Below, piece after piece: positions 10,340 through 22,237 of a stretch of 40,257 nt of DNA. This stretch comes from Octopus bimaculoides (taxonomy: Eukaryota). Within the stretch, counting starts at the first letter, position 1. Every line of letters begins with the position of its first letter. The translations under genes and the position numbers were made by a program. The DNA is taken from assembly GCF_001194135.2 (NCBI RefSeq), contig NC_068991.1, positions 61,302,322 to 61,342,578 of the forward strand, written 5' to 3'. The notes under the pieces were generated by a model. That model saw only the letters and a list, made by a program, of their open reading frames with translations, was not told where the DNA came from and ran no database searches.

Positions 10340-11117
10340 GTTAAGTGGTGGAGAGTAAGAGAGAGAGAGTGAGAGAGAGGAGAGAGAGACAGAGAGAGAT
10401 GGAGGGAGGGAGAGACTGAGAGACAAGAGAATGATTCTAAAAGATACAACGATGGAACAGATAATGATCATCATCATACTCTTCAGCATCATCATCTCTG
10501 CCACCACCACCACCACCACAACCACCACCACCACCACCACCACCACGGCCACCACCACCACNNNNNNNNNNNNNNNNNNNNNNNNNNNNNNNNNNNNNNN
10601 NNNNNNNNNNNNNNNNNNNNNNNNNNNNNNNNNNNNNNNNNNNNNNNNNNNNNNNNNNNNNNNNNNNNNNNNNNNNNNNNNNNNNNNNNNNNNNNNNNNN
10701 NNNNNNNNNNNNNNNNNNNNNNNNNNNNNNNNNNNNNNNNNNNNNNNNNNNNNNNNNNNNNNNNNNNNNNNNNNNNNNNNNNNNNNNNNNNNNNNNNNNN
10801 NNNNNNNNNNNNNNNNNNNNNNNNNNNNNNNNNNNNNNNNNNNNNNNNNNNNNNNNNNNNNNNNNNNNNNNNNNNNNNNNNNNNNNNNNNNNNNNNNNNN
10901 NNNNNNNNNNNNNNNNNNNNNNNNNNNNNNNNNNNNNNNNNNNNNNNNNNNNNNNNNNNNNNNNNNNNNNNNNNNNNNNNNNNNNNNNNNNNNNNNNNNN
11001 NNNNNNNNNNNNNNNNNNNNNNNNNNNNNNNNNNNNNNNNNNNNNNNNNNNNNNNNNNNNNNNNNNNNNNNNNNNNNNNNNNNGACCACCACGACCACCA
11101 CTACCACCACCACCACC

Positions 11118-11149
<32 letters not shown>

Positions 11150-11215
11150 CACTGCCACTATCATTGTCACCTCATCATCATCATCATCATCTTCTTTACC
11201 ATCATCATCCTTATG
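10340..11215. repeat. (GA)n, (CAC)n, (CAA)n and (CAT)n microsatellite cluster spanning gap 10562-11083
   Basis: Directly visible. Confidence 0.95.
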
Positions 11216-11427
11216 AAGTCAATGACTGAAAGTCTATATGGTTGCACAAAAGGCTAAAAATAGCAGTTAAATATCTCTTATGTTATGTTGGACCATCTTA
11301 GAAGAAAAATCTGAAGACATACATTAGATAATGTATCGGACCAAACAAAGGGAGACCTAAAGATTGAACAGCAGCAGCAGCAGCAATAACAGCAGCAACA
11401 TTGACAAGATAAGAGCAACAACAGATG

Positions 11428-11590
11428 CAGGCTTGGCTGTGTGGTTAAGAAGCTTGCTTTTCAACCATGTGGCTTCAGGTTCAGTCCTACTGCACAGCAT
11501 CTTGGACAAGTGCCTCCTACTATAGCCCCAAGATGACCAATGCCTTGTGAGTGGATGGAAACTGTACAGAAGCCTGTTGTACACACACAC
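11428..11590 (+). mobile_element. 5' half of the CTTGGGCAAGTG-family SINE
   Basis: GGCTGTGTGGTTAAGAAGCTTGCTTT...GGTTCAGTCC...CTTGGACAAGTG...CCTTGTGAGTGGA. Confidence 0.75.
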
Positions 11591-11704
11591 ATAATATATG
11601 TACATACCTTCTAGCACTTGTACTGGTGGCACGTTACAAAATCATTCGAGCAAGGTCGTTGCCAGTGCTGCTGGACTGGCTCCCGTGCAGGTGGCATGTA
11701 AAAA

Positions 11705-12669
11705 AGTCAAGGGAAGCCAGGATACTTTGGGTGTTCTATCTCTTGGTCTGTGGATCATAGCAGTAGATCCAGCTTTCATGACAAGCCACTAGATACCTGA
11801 GTGCTCTTGGATTGGAGGTAACAAGCTCAACTATCTCCCTGCTATCACCTATGCATCTTTCATTCTGTTCATCACTGAACACACTGGGAACAAACTTAGT
11901 ACAAATTTTATTCATCTTCAAATCTTCATGAATAATTCTGTGTACAGTTGTCTCATTTTTCTTATTCCATTATTATCCACAGGGGTCTAAACATAGAGGG
12001 GACAAACAAGGACAGACAAAAGGATAAAGTCGATTACATCAACCCCAGTGTTTCACTGGTACTTATTTAATTGACCCCAAATGGATGAAAGGCAAAGTTG
12101 ACCTCAACGGAATTTGAACTCAGAATGTAATGGCAGACGAAATACCACTAAGCATTTTGCCTCGCATGCTAACATTTCTGCCTGTATGCTTATTGTCCTT
12201 ATAAACACATCATAGTCTTCATCCAGAAAATTGCTAATCTTCTCAACCAGCTCTGATGTTCTGATGTCCTTCCAATTCCCACCCCTCTCATCATCTCTCA
12301 CATCCTCTCTACCTTCCTTGAACCTCTTATTCCAGTGATAAACAGATGCTCAGCTCATACAAGTTAATCCTTAAGCAGTTTGGAGCATTCCATAAGTTTC
12401 TGTACTGATTTTTAGCTCAGTTTAAATGCAAACCGTTATTGCTTAGCAAGCTTCTAAATTGTCCTCCAATTGCATTCTGCAATCTAGTCAGATGTGACAA
12501 GCTGTGTTTACCAGAATGTGTTCAAAGTCCTGCTACAGCCGTCTCTTTCAATCTGTAATAACAAAATTTGGCAGGTCAGCTTATTAGATGTATAGTAAAA
12601 TTACAATAATCAAGAGTGGCTATAACTGCTGATCCTAAAAAAGTCTCAAAGCTTCTGGAATGCACCTTG
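11705..12669 (-). mobile_element. 5' two-thirds of a decayed mariner, interrupted by a SINE
   Basis: TIR-like start (TA)CAAGGTGCATTCCAGAAGCTTTGAGAC ending at 12669. Motifs WNKRFKEGREDVRDDERGG, TVHRIIHEDLKMNKICTKFVP and HESWIYCYDPQTKR. Confidence 0.85.
11955..12183 (-). mobile_element. Nin/Sauria-like-core tRNA SINE inserted into the mariner
   Basis: Same head, core and tail as 18480-18711 and the first unit at 2191. Confidence 0.85.
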
Positions 12670-12930
12670 TACCAGTCAAAAAAACAAACAAAAACAACAA
12701 AACCATCATTGAAGGAAATAAAAACAACAATAAAGTGTATTAAAATATCATAACACAAACAAAAACCCTCATTGCATCAACAACAACAACATAAACATTA
12801 GCAATAAACACTAAATACACCATACTAATTAACAATCTGTCTGTTTAGTGAATGTCTTGAGTTAATTGTTTTATCATTAGACCTTAATTGGCTACTTAAC
12901 GGCATGTGTGACTTGTGCGTGTGTCTGTGG

Positions 12931-12961
<31 letters not shown>

Positions 12962-13339
12962 TGCAAGTGAACAAATGTGAGCATGCATGTGTGTGTGTGT
13001 ATGTGTGTGTGTGTGTGTGTGTGCATGCATGTATGTGATGTTGATTGTGTGTGCATATACGTGAGTGTATATGTTTTTGTGTGTTAGTGTAAGAACTTTT
13101 GAGCTTGGTTTTACTGATACGCATACATACAAACATGTGGACACGTCCTCATGCACAAACATAACACACACACACATGTATATATACACACACCAATACA
13201 TTCATACTTTCATACACCCACATTCCCTACACATCACACAAGTATGCATACACACACTCACACACACACACACACACACACCCACACATACAGGTACTCA
13301 CACACAGATATTCATACTAGGATGGAAAACAGGAGGTAA

Positions 13340-13380
13340 AAATGATGATGATAATGATGATGGTGGTGGTGGTGGTTGTG

Positions 13381-13424
<44 letters not shown>

Positions 13425-13720
13425 GGNNNNNNNNNNNNNNNNNNNNNNNNNNNNNNNNNNNNNNNNNNNNNNNNNNNNNNNNNNNNNNNNNNNNNNNNNN
13501 NNNNNNNNNNNNNNNNNNNNNNNNNNNNNNNNNNNNNNNNNNNNNNNNNNNNNNNNNNNNNNNNNNNNNNNNNNNNNNNNNGTGGTGGTGGTGGTGGTGG
13601 TGGTGGTGGTGGTGGTGTTAGCGGTGGCGACAGTGGTGGTGGTATTAAACAATAATGATGATGATGATGATGATGGTGGTAGAAATGTAGAAATAGTGGT
13701 GGTGGTGGTGGTGGTGTTAA
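13340..13720. repeat. (GAT)n/(GGT)n/(GTA)n trinucleotide repeats around gap 13427-13581
   Basis: Directly visible. Confidence 0.95.
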
Positions 13721-13959
13721 ACGATCACAGTAGCATAGACATATATATATATACATATATATACACACACGCACACAGTTTCATATATACATAACTGAGT
13801 GTTTCTGCGAGTCAGTTCCTCTTTTTTATTTATACCCTTTATTTTTTTATGTTTGTACATTTATATATATCATATATATGAAAATATATGCAAATGGGTT
13901 TGTCTGTTTTTGTACATGTGTACGTTTGTGTGTGTCTAAATATGTCTATGAATAATACA

Positions 13960-14271
13960 TGTATGTATACATACATGCATACATACATACATACATAACA
14001 ATATATATATATATATATTGTTATGTATGTATGTATATATGTATATATGTACATACATATATATGTATATATTTATATATATGTAAATGTGTGTGTTGTG
14101 CGTGTATGTGTGCATATACATACATACATTACGTACACATATTATATTATATAAATATATATAACATTTGTATGTATGTGAGTATTTGCAACCTAGACCA
14201 AATGAAGTAGCTGCCAACACAGTGAAGAGAGCATTTTATTATATATATATATATATGTATTTATATATATG

Positions 14272-14349
<78 letters not shown>

Positions 14350-14450
14350 CATATATATATATACATATATATATATTATATATACGCACACATATATACA
14401 TACATACATATATATATACACAGACACACTTATATATATATATATATCTA
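13960..14450. repeat. (TA)n/(TACA)n degenerate microsatellite field
   Basis: Directly visible. Confidence 0.9.
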
Positions 14451-14870
14451 GACGCACACACATGTTAAACAGAAGCACAGTTTAACCAATCGTATTCATT
14501 AAAAGTTTAAACTATTATCATTGTTCTCAACATTTTTCTCATTGCGTAGAACAAATTGAGTTAATGCTGTATTTATAACATACTCTACATAGAAGACAAT
14601 AGTAGGTTTATTGAGTAAGGGCTGGTGGGGGAGTGTGCTTTAATAATTGATCACTTTATCACGTAGTTTCAGATTGGGTGAAGTCTTCTAAGTAGCTCTA
14701 TTTAAGTACAAATAGGCATCTATTATATTCATGTGCATTCACATTATACATACACACTCGTTGGCACACATGCACACGCTCGTGCACACTCACACACACA
14801 CACACACACACAAACACACATGCATGTTCATATATATATATGTAAATATACACCTGTTTGTATCATGAAA

Positions 14871-14916
<46 letters not shown>

Positions 14917-15254
14917 GCACACACATATATGCACACATACATATCTATACACATATATATAAATATATAAATATATACTTGTTTCTATCACCAAACATAT
15001 ATATGTTTGTGTGTCTGTGTATACACACACACACACACACACAAAACATGTGTACGCACACACACGTGTGCACACACACATATATTATTAATCCACAGGA
15101 GTTACTGAGTCACTCAAGGGCTGAGAATTTCATATATTGACACTTACCAGATTCAAAGGTGCCAATACACGAATTATGTGTTAATACACGAAGCTCTCAG
15201 CACTTGAGTCACTCTGTAACTCCTGTCACTTACTGATTATCAATAATAAATGAA

Positions 15255-15455
15255 TGCTGGTGTTGGTGTGTTTGCATTCCTGTAACTTCACAGTTCAGCA
15301 AAAGAGATCAATAGAATAAGTACCAGGCTTTACAAAGAAATAATCAGAACTGGAGTCAATTCATTTGAGTAGAATCTTTTAAGGCCATGCCCCAGCATGG
15401 CTACAGTCTAATGACTGAAACAAGAAAGGATAAAAATAAAGATAAAGATAAAAAG
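15255..15455 (+). mobile_element. 3' half of the CTTGGGCAAGTG-family SINE
   Basis: GCTGGTGTTGGTGTGTTT...AATAGAATAAGTACCAGGCTT...GCCCCAGCATGGCTACAGTCTAATGACTGAAACAAG. Confidence 0.7.
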
Positions 15456-15479
15456 ATATATATATATATATATATATCA

Positions 15480-15770
15480 ACAGTGACCCCTGCTAGACTC
15501 GGCTGCTCCACACTGATAAGGGGCAACTACCCCGAAACCGGTCTGTGGATGCCAAGCCAGCAAGGGGAAGTTGATGACCTCCCCTGTTTGAAGGTCTTAT
15601 GGATGCAGATTTGTGTGACATATAGCTAGCTAGAGGTGATTGCTTCTCGGAGCTAATCAACAGCAACATTCATCCTATTTCTCTGGGCTGCTACGTTAGT
15701 TCGGCAATAAGTATTAATACCTAGAGCTGCTGCTTATCTCTCCTTTAGATAGCGTTAGGAATTATAACAC
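15480..15770 (+). mobile_element. Probable Penelope-like element pLTR fragment
   Basis: Carries a minimal type-I hammerhead motif of the kind characteristic of Penelope-like elements. Boundaries are approximate. Confidence 0.5.
15507..15549 (+). ncRNA. Minimal type-I hammerhead ribozyme motif with a G8A core substitution
   Basis: TCCACA (stem I) CTGATAA (core) GGGG-CAACTA-CCCC (stem II) GAAA C-CG-G TC (palindromic ACCGGT stem III, GUC site) TGTGGA (stem I partner). All stems pair perfectly. Confidence 0.7.
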
Positions 15771-16329
15771 ACACGCACGCACACATATATATAAATATAT
15801 ACGTATCATCATATCACCATCATCATTTAGCATCCACTTTTCCATGCTTTCATGAGTCAGATTAGTGAATGTTGGGTCTGAGTTGTTTTCTGTGGCTGGA
15901 TGCTTTTCTTGCCACTAGCTCTGGTCTATTTCCTAAAGATGTCATAATCCTCTAGGCTATCAAACAACAAATAGTCCAGGTATGTTTATGAGAAGAACAG
16001 GAAACAAACAAGTCCCACCATTCTTTACAATCAGTGAGCACATCTGATGACCAGAGAAATATTAACTCATGCTCATCCCCCCCACTCCACACACAGAGAC
16101 ACTTATGCAAGTGCTAACATGCTATTTATAAATAGTGTTTTGGCAGCAGTAGGGGCTTTTGTATATTAAGCTTGTTCAGTGTATTATCAAAGTAGCTGGT
16201 TGGATTCTGAGATTATTTAGAACCAGGGAAAAGGATACCATATTGCTCCTACACAAATCATTTCTTCTCAGTCACAAAAAATTCTGCTTCTAATTGTGGT
16301 TACCACCAAGTACTAAATGAACAACAGAA

Positions 16330-16620
16330 TCTAAGGTAATCCAACACCACAACACAAAGAAAACTGACTCGATGCAACAAGTGAGCTACCGGGAGAAGCT
16401 AAAATAACTGAGGGCTCTGCTCCCTTGGAAGAAGGCACGAAAGATATATGGTGATTGCCACTTCTGTACAGAAGATGGTCATCTCTTCAATTAGTGAAAA
16501 CTGTCATGTGATCTCATATGATTAGCAAGTTCAGCTTTGGACAAACAAACCCTGCTGCAGATGTTACAAACATTTTCAGGCAGAAAATTAACTGGAAGTG
16601 AAGTTGATGAAGTCCTGTTT
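16330..16620 (+). mobile_element. Highly decayed CR1/L2-type LINE ORF2 C-terminal fragment
   Basis: RKxDSMQQVSYREKLK*LR resembles the LSYxERLKxL motif of CR1/L2 ORF2 ends. Confidence 0.45.
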
Positions 16621-17342
16621 ATGAAGGGCTTGTTTCAAGATGAATTGTTTGATATATATCGGAGTCAAATAACTTAAACAAGTAAAAGAATCTATAAAAA
16701 TAAAAGAATATATATAATAAACACACACACACACACACACACATGTATGTCTGTCTGTGTGTATGTGTGTAAGTGTGTGAAATATATCTGATGTTATGTA
16801 GAAACCAAAATATTAAATGAATGAATAATGAAGCCATTTATATCCAATAATATAAAATTTATCTCACCATCTCAATTAAATATAAATCTAATATTTAAAA
16901 ATGAAATGCCATTTCTGAAGTATAAGTTTTCAAAGCATTAGACAACCACTAAGACACAGCTGGACATGATAGGGTCAAAGACTTTTCTGGTAGTCACCTT
17001 CTCACCAAAAACTGATACCATTTTGTCAAAGTGCCTTCTTAATGGAATATGAGAGAGGATAAGATAACATTTGAAACAGGTGTTTGTCTTGAAATCAGAA
17101 GTAGCATCTCTATTGCTATGGTGATATGTTCTGTTGTCATGGTAAAATATCATAGAGGTCTTGTGTTGCTATAATGTATGCTCAGTTATGGCATTCTGTG
17201 TTCCCCTCTTCCCTTTGCTGGGATTATTATGGAAAAATGTTAAATTTGAATTAATTTGAGATATTGAGTTATGTTGTATATAATGAACTGAGAGGCTCCT
17301 CTATTTTTTCATGAATTCCAAATATATACAAATCTAAATCTT

Positions 17343-17387
<45 letters not shown>

Positions 17388-17410
17388 GTAATGTTATATA
17401 TTATATATGA

Positions 17411-17452
<42 letters not shown>

Positions 17453-17944
17453 ACGTATACATACACACACATGTATATACATACATAGATATATATGTAT
17501 GTATACATACATATATATTATATCATATACATATNNNNNNNNNNATATGTGTGTGTGTATGTATGTATGTATGTATGTATGTATCCAATCCATCACAGAG
17601 AGGAAAGAAATAAAATGTGTACACATGGTTAATGGCATATTTGCTATTAGTGATTCTGAAAAGAAAGAGCCATGCAAGTGCATTTATTGAAGGCTATTAA
17701 AAGTAGAGAATGCACAGGAGAAAGAGAGTCCTACCAGTCTGTACCTAACAAAATCCCAGCTATTCTATATATCAGTTTCTATGATATACAATTATAGATA
17801 AAGCAACTAAGGATATGAAGGCAGGGAAAGCTTCTGAACTATCAAGAACTACTGGTGAGATACTTAAGATATCTGGCTGATAAGGATATGGCCTAATCAC
17901 CCATGTAGCCAATTAAGTTGTACTGGAAGGTGTCGTAATCTGCT

Positions 17945-18320
17945 CTGATTGATAAGAAGTTTGCTTTCCGACCACATGGTTCTGGGTTCGGCATGACTTC
18001 TTGGGCAAGTGTCTTTTACTATAGGTTTGGGCTGACTAAAGCCTTGTGAGCTGATTTGGTAGATGGATGCATGCCATATATGTGTGCGTGTCGTTGTGTC
18101 TGTCTTTGTCCCCCCCCCCCCACCACCACTACCACCACTACAGCTTGATGACTGGTGTTGATGTGTTTAAGTTCCCATAACTTACCAGTTTGGCAAAAGA
18201 TACCAATAGAGTAAGTACTAAGCTTTGGAAAAAATAATTACTGGCATCGATTCATTTGACTAAAAATTCTTCAAGGTGATTGATATAGTCTTATGACTGA
18301 GACATAAAAAGGCAAAACAA
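17945..18320 (+). mobile_element. Near full-length diverged CTTGGGCAAGTG-family SINE
   Basis: Head GATAAGAAGTTTGCTTTCCGACCACATGGTTCTGGGTTC, core CTTGGGCAAGTGTC, and the 3' body. Confidence 0.75.
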
Positions 18321-18434
18321 AAAAGAGGTGAGAACAGCATCATGGTCAAACTACTACAAGGTGAAGACAATGTCTTGGAGAAATAATTGCAGAGGAATCA
18401 AATTGCTATTCCAAATTATGAATGTTATGGGAAG

Positions 18435-18969
18435 AATAAGTACACACACTAGATATTTGTTCTTCACTTGTTTATTATTTATTTCTTTATTGCCCACAGG
18501 GGGCTAAACATAGAAGGAACAAACAAAGACTGACAAAGGGATGAAGTCGATTACATCGACCCCAATGTGTAACTGGTACTTATTTAATCGACCCCAAAAG
18601 AATGAAAGGCAAAGTTGACCTTGGCGGAGTTTGAACTCAGAATGTAACAGCAGATGAAATACCGCTAAGCATTTCACCTGGCGTGCTAACGTTTCTGCCA
18701 GCTCGTCGCCCTGTTTATTATTGTTCTTATTTTATGTCCTTTGTCTGGAAATTTTTTGTTACACATCCTGTGACCTCTTCAGCTATGCTCCATCCCATGT
18801 GTTTCCTCTTGAATAGGAGTAGACACATGGGATGGAGGGTTCTGAACAGGAGGAGAAACATGGGATGGAGGTTCGATGAAGAGATCACAGGATCTGTAAT
18901 GAAAGATTTCCAGACAAACGACACAAAATAAGAACAATAATAAATAAGTGAAGAACGAACATGTGTATG
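18435..18969. mobile_element. Foldback/MITE-like palindromic insert with a 12-bp TSD
   Basis: TGTTATGGGAAG at 18423-18434 and 18970-18981. The arms 18714-18810 and about 18845-18944 are reverse complements, and the left arm continues to the left of the nested SINE. Confidence 0.75.
18480..18711 (-). mobile_element. Complete Nin/Sauria-like-core SINE with an 11-bp TSD
   Basis: Head GGCGACGAGCTGGCAGAAACGTTAGCACGCC and B box GAGTTCAAACTCC. TSD TGTTTATTATT at 18469-18479 and 18712-18722. Confidence 0.9.
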
Positions 18970-19288
18970 TGTTATGGGAAGGGTTATAGCTCAACTAATT
19001 AGGAAGAGATTTAGACTGGATAAAATGCAGTTTGATATGGTGCCTGAGAGAAGTACTACAGATATCTCTTCTAGGTGTGTTTAGCCACTGAACTTACCAT
19101 TTATCTACCTAGAAATAGCCTTTGACATGTTCACGCTCTATGTGGTTCTAGTGGGTCCTGAAGAAGCTAGGGGTAGGTGAGTTGCTCATGAGAGCCAGAC
19201 AATCTATGGACAAAGTTGCCAGAGCTACTGCTAGTAATGTGAGAGTTATCAACAAATAAATACATTAATGAATTAAGCATGCAGGTAG

Positions 19289-19454
19289 TACTACACTCTC
19301 TGAGTGGTTGGTGTTAGGAAGGGCATCCAGCTGTAGAAACTCTGCCAAATTTAGATTGGAGCCTGGTGTTGCCATCCGGTTTCACCAGTCCTCAGTCAAA
19401 TCGTCCAACCCATGCTAGCATGGAAAGCGGACGTTAAACGATGATGATGATGAT
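19289..19454 (+). mobile_element. Young RTE-tail fragment inserted into the GVHQG codons of the older RTE
   Basis: Near-identical to 34085-34276; flanked by GTAG at 19285-19288 and 19455-19458. Confidence 0.85.
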
Positions 19455-20618
19455 GTAGGGTTCACCATGGTTCAGATCTCAGTTCTCTTCTGCTCATCAT
19501 AGTCCTCCAGACCATAATTGAATTTGTGGTATAATTAGAGAAATTCCTGGTGCAGAAGCAAAATTTGGAACCAAAATGTCTCAATGTTAATTTTGCAAAG
19601 ACTACAGTGTTAATAAGTAGGATAGGAAAGCAAACAGAGCCCAGCTTCCATCAGGGAAATGGCCTTGCTATATATGTTGAAAAGGAGTGGATAGAAATTC
19701 CATACAGTATACTCAGTGTAAATTATGGATGCACAAAAGGAACAATAGAATCATATACAGGTTAACAGAATCCGTGTATACAGAAGATGTGTAGGTGCTA
19801 TAAACACCAAGATTACTTGGGAAATAGTTTTTCTCAAATGCCCAGGAAGATCTTTAGAAGTAGTAGGTAGCTTCTTTTAGTGAGATGGCCTCATTAGTAG
19901 TGGAGGAAGATGTTCTGAAAGCATAGTAGCCAGAGTAAGAGCAGGCTGGAGAAAGTTTAGGGAGCTGTTACTTCTGTTGGTAATAAACCTTTTTTTTTTT
20001 TAAGAAAGGCTGCTTGTGTGTGAACAGCAGTGTTACATGGTAGTGAGACGTGATCTTTGAATGCAGAAGACTTGCAAAAACTTGAAAGAAATGAAGCAAG
20101 CAAGTTCCAGTGGATGAGCAATGTCAATATAGATGAACAGCAGAATACAAATGCATTGAGAGAAAAAAGCTGGGCATAAGAGAAATTAGATGTTGGGTGT
20201 AAGTGAAAAGATTGCACTGGCATGGGAACGTGATGCATATGTATGAGAGTAGCTCTATAAAGAAAGTTCAATCACCTGTAGCAGATGTAACCTGTGGAAG
20301 AGGGAAATGTTGGAAGAGATGAGATGAAGTGCCTTTTCATATCTGTTAACCACTCTCAACACACGCTCATATCTGCTGTTGATACCTCCCCCCACACACA
20401 ATAGCCACCACAATGTACCACTGAGCTCCACCTATGTCCTTGTGCATTTCTCTCTCTCTCTCTCTACTCTATCCTGCAATTCATCTCCCTATTTTCTGAT
20501 CTGTCTTCAAGTCTATTATACTTCTGCCCTCCACCCTTTCTGTACTGTCACTTATCACCTCCTCCTTCCTGAGCTATTTCTTTTACCTTCTTCCCTATCC
20601 TGATATTTATCGGCTGTT

Positions 20619-20701
20619 CTGTTACATTTTCTATCCTGTTACATCTCTATCCTGTTACATTTTCTATCCTGTTACATTTTCTATCCTGTTACATTTTCTA
20701 C
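20619..20701. repeat. 17-bp minisatellite CTGTTACATTTTCTATC, about 5 copies
   Basis: Units start at 20619, 20636, 20652, 20669 and 20686. Confidence 0.9.
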
Positions 20702-20844
20702 ATTCACTTCTGCCCTCATCACTAACTATCTTTCTCTCTTTTCACCTGCATTTACGAACCTATCTACCCCACCCCTAATATGTATGTATGTATTCTGTAT
20801 GTATGTATGTATGTATGTATGTATGTATGTATGTATGTATGTAT

Positions 20845-21530
20845 GTCTCTTCTATTTTTCTAATTATTATAAATCTTCCACTGTCGAGGGAGCTAGTTTC
20901 CAACAAAGATACAAGGCTCTATCTTTGGGATGTAATTAACAGACAAATTCACATTTGGAACTTGAGAAAAGTCTTGCATATTTTTACTGTTCCGCTCACA
21001 GATTGCACTTGTAATGTACGAATTAGCTGATCGATTTCTCTTTCTGAAAATCTCAGTTCATCCATATTCTCCTTTAAGCATTTACTAACAAAACCTAGTG
21101 CTCCAATTATTATTGGTAGGAATATGAATTCATAATTTGGATATAGAAGATGGAAGTTTCGAAGCAGTTGACCATAGATATCCTCTTTTTCTTTGATTTT
21201 CAAGGAGATATTTATATCTACAGGGCAGCTGACCTCTATGACAGTACATACCATTGTCCCTCTGTCCCAAACAACAATATCCGGCCTGTTAAGTTTACAT
21301 TTGACCGAAGTTTTGATGGGAATATTCCACCAGTATTCCTTGAGTTGGTGTTTATGAATGTATTCCATAGCAGAGGGATTTTCTAAGTTTATTTCAGGAC
21401 AGTCTTTTCTGCAGATGGCATTGTAAATTGTTTTAGCAACAACATCGTGCCGTATAGGGAGGTAGTACTGTGATGACATTTTAGGACAGCTGCTAATCTC
21501 ATACGTGTTGTCTTCCACAGAAACATGACA
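20845..21530 (-). mobile_element. 5'-truncated R4/Dong-type (R2 group) non-LTR retrotransposon: partial CCHC knuckle, restriction-like endonuclease, 3'UTR
   Basis: Uninterrupted frame CHVSVEDNTYEISSC...RHDVVAKTI...WWNIPI...NRPDIVVWDR...IEVSCPVDINI...KEKEDIY...PIIIGALG, stop at 20949. Flanked by (TATG)n on both sides. Confidence 0.85.
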
Positions 21531-21560
21531 TATATGTATGTATGTATGTATGTATTTATA

Positions 21561-21775
21561 TGAGGAGGTGCTGAAAAGGCCCTGGTTTTGGGTAAAAGAA
21601 AATACAGGAGAATCAGTTAATTATGATCTTATTCAATATATTCCCCTCTTAGATTCTCACACTTATTGCAGCTGTCCTTCAGTTTTTCTAAGCCTTGTAA
21701 AAGAACTTGGAAGGTTGGGCCTCCAACCAGGCCTTTTGCAATACCCTTAAAGCCAGGAACTTTTCAGCACTCTCA
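21561..21775. mobile_element. 215-bp mariner-derived MITE
   Basis: TIRs TGAGGAGGTGCTGAAAAGGCCCTGGTTT and AAAGCCAGGAACTTTTCAGCACTCTCA; TA on the left, CA on the right. Confidence 0.75.
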
Positions 21776-21782
21776 CACGTGT

Positions 21783-21831
<49 letters not shown>

Positions 21832-21845
21832 TTTGGTGTGAATAG

Positions 21846-22069
21846 TTTTTTATACGGCGCCATTTTTACAATCCTGTAAATGATAATAATGGTATTTTTA
21901 TATAAGCTTAAAGCTTATGGCAATCACTGTGCAATGACTAAGGAAAATAGTCTAATAAAGGGGCATAGAATCCCTTGGCAGAAAAAAGAAGGCTTTCCTA
22001 TCCACGTGGGAGTCGAACCCACAACCCACATTATTCACAGGATTGTAAAAACAGCACCGTATAAAAAAA
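21846..22069. repeat. About 40-bp inverted repeats enclosing a 140-bp tRNA-derived segment
   Basis: TTTTTTATACGGCGCCATTTTTACAATCCTGTAAAT at 21846 versus ATTCACAGGATTGTAAAAACAGCACCGTATAAAAAAA ending at 22069. Confidence 0.75.
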
Positions 22070-22165
22070 CCATTTGCCCCGAAAGCATATAGAAAGTTTG
22101 TTTAAATATAGAAAAAGCAAACATGAACTATTATAGTTCTTAAATTTGACAGGAAAAGGGAGGCT

Positions 22166-22237
22166 GATTCACTGGTGTAAAGGTAACACACTTAGTCACA
22201 TTAACAAAAGGATGTGGGTTCAACTCGTACATGGATA
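22166..22237 (+). pseudogene. Degenerate tRNA-like sequence (possibly Val-CAC derived), head of a 180-bp repeat unit
   Basis: 72 nt with A box TGGTGTAAAGG, TCACA loop, B box GGGTTCAACTC, partial acceptor pairing ATTCAC/ATGGAT (GTGGAT in the sister copy), and T6 about 10 bp downstream. Confidence 0.4.

Larger units (their letters stand above)
18330..20335 (+). mobile_element. Decayed RTE-clade LINE reverse-transcriptase region hosting three nested insertions
   Basis: RNNCRGIKLL, VMGRVIAQLIRKR...QFDMVPERSTTD, MQVG|VHHGSDLS (GVHQGSVLS), VLHGSET and the C-terminal TCGRG motifs occur in order. Confidence 0.85.

Noticed and set aside
16938-17153. 71-aa minus-strand ORF in unique sequence
   Set aside because: Length within chance expectation, with no splice context or motif.
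19550-20271. ORFs 19550-19765 and 19957-20271
   Set aside because: Frameshifted or antisense readings of the decayed RTE reverse transcriptase.
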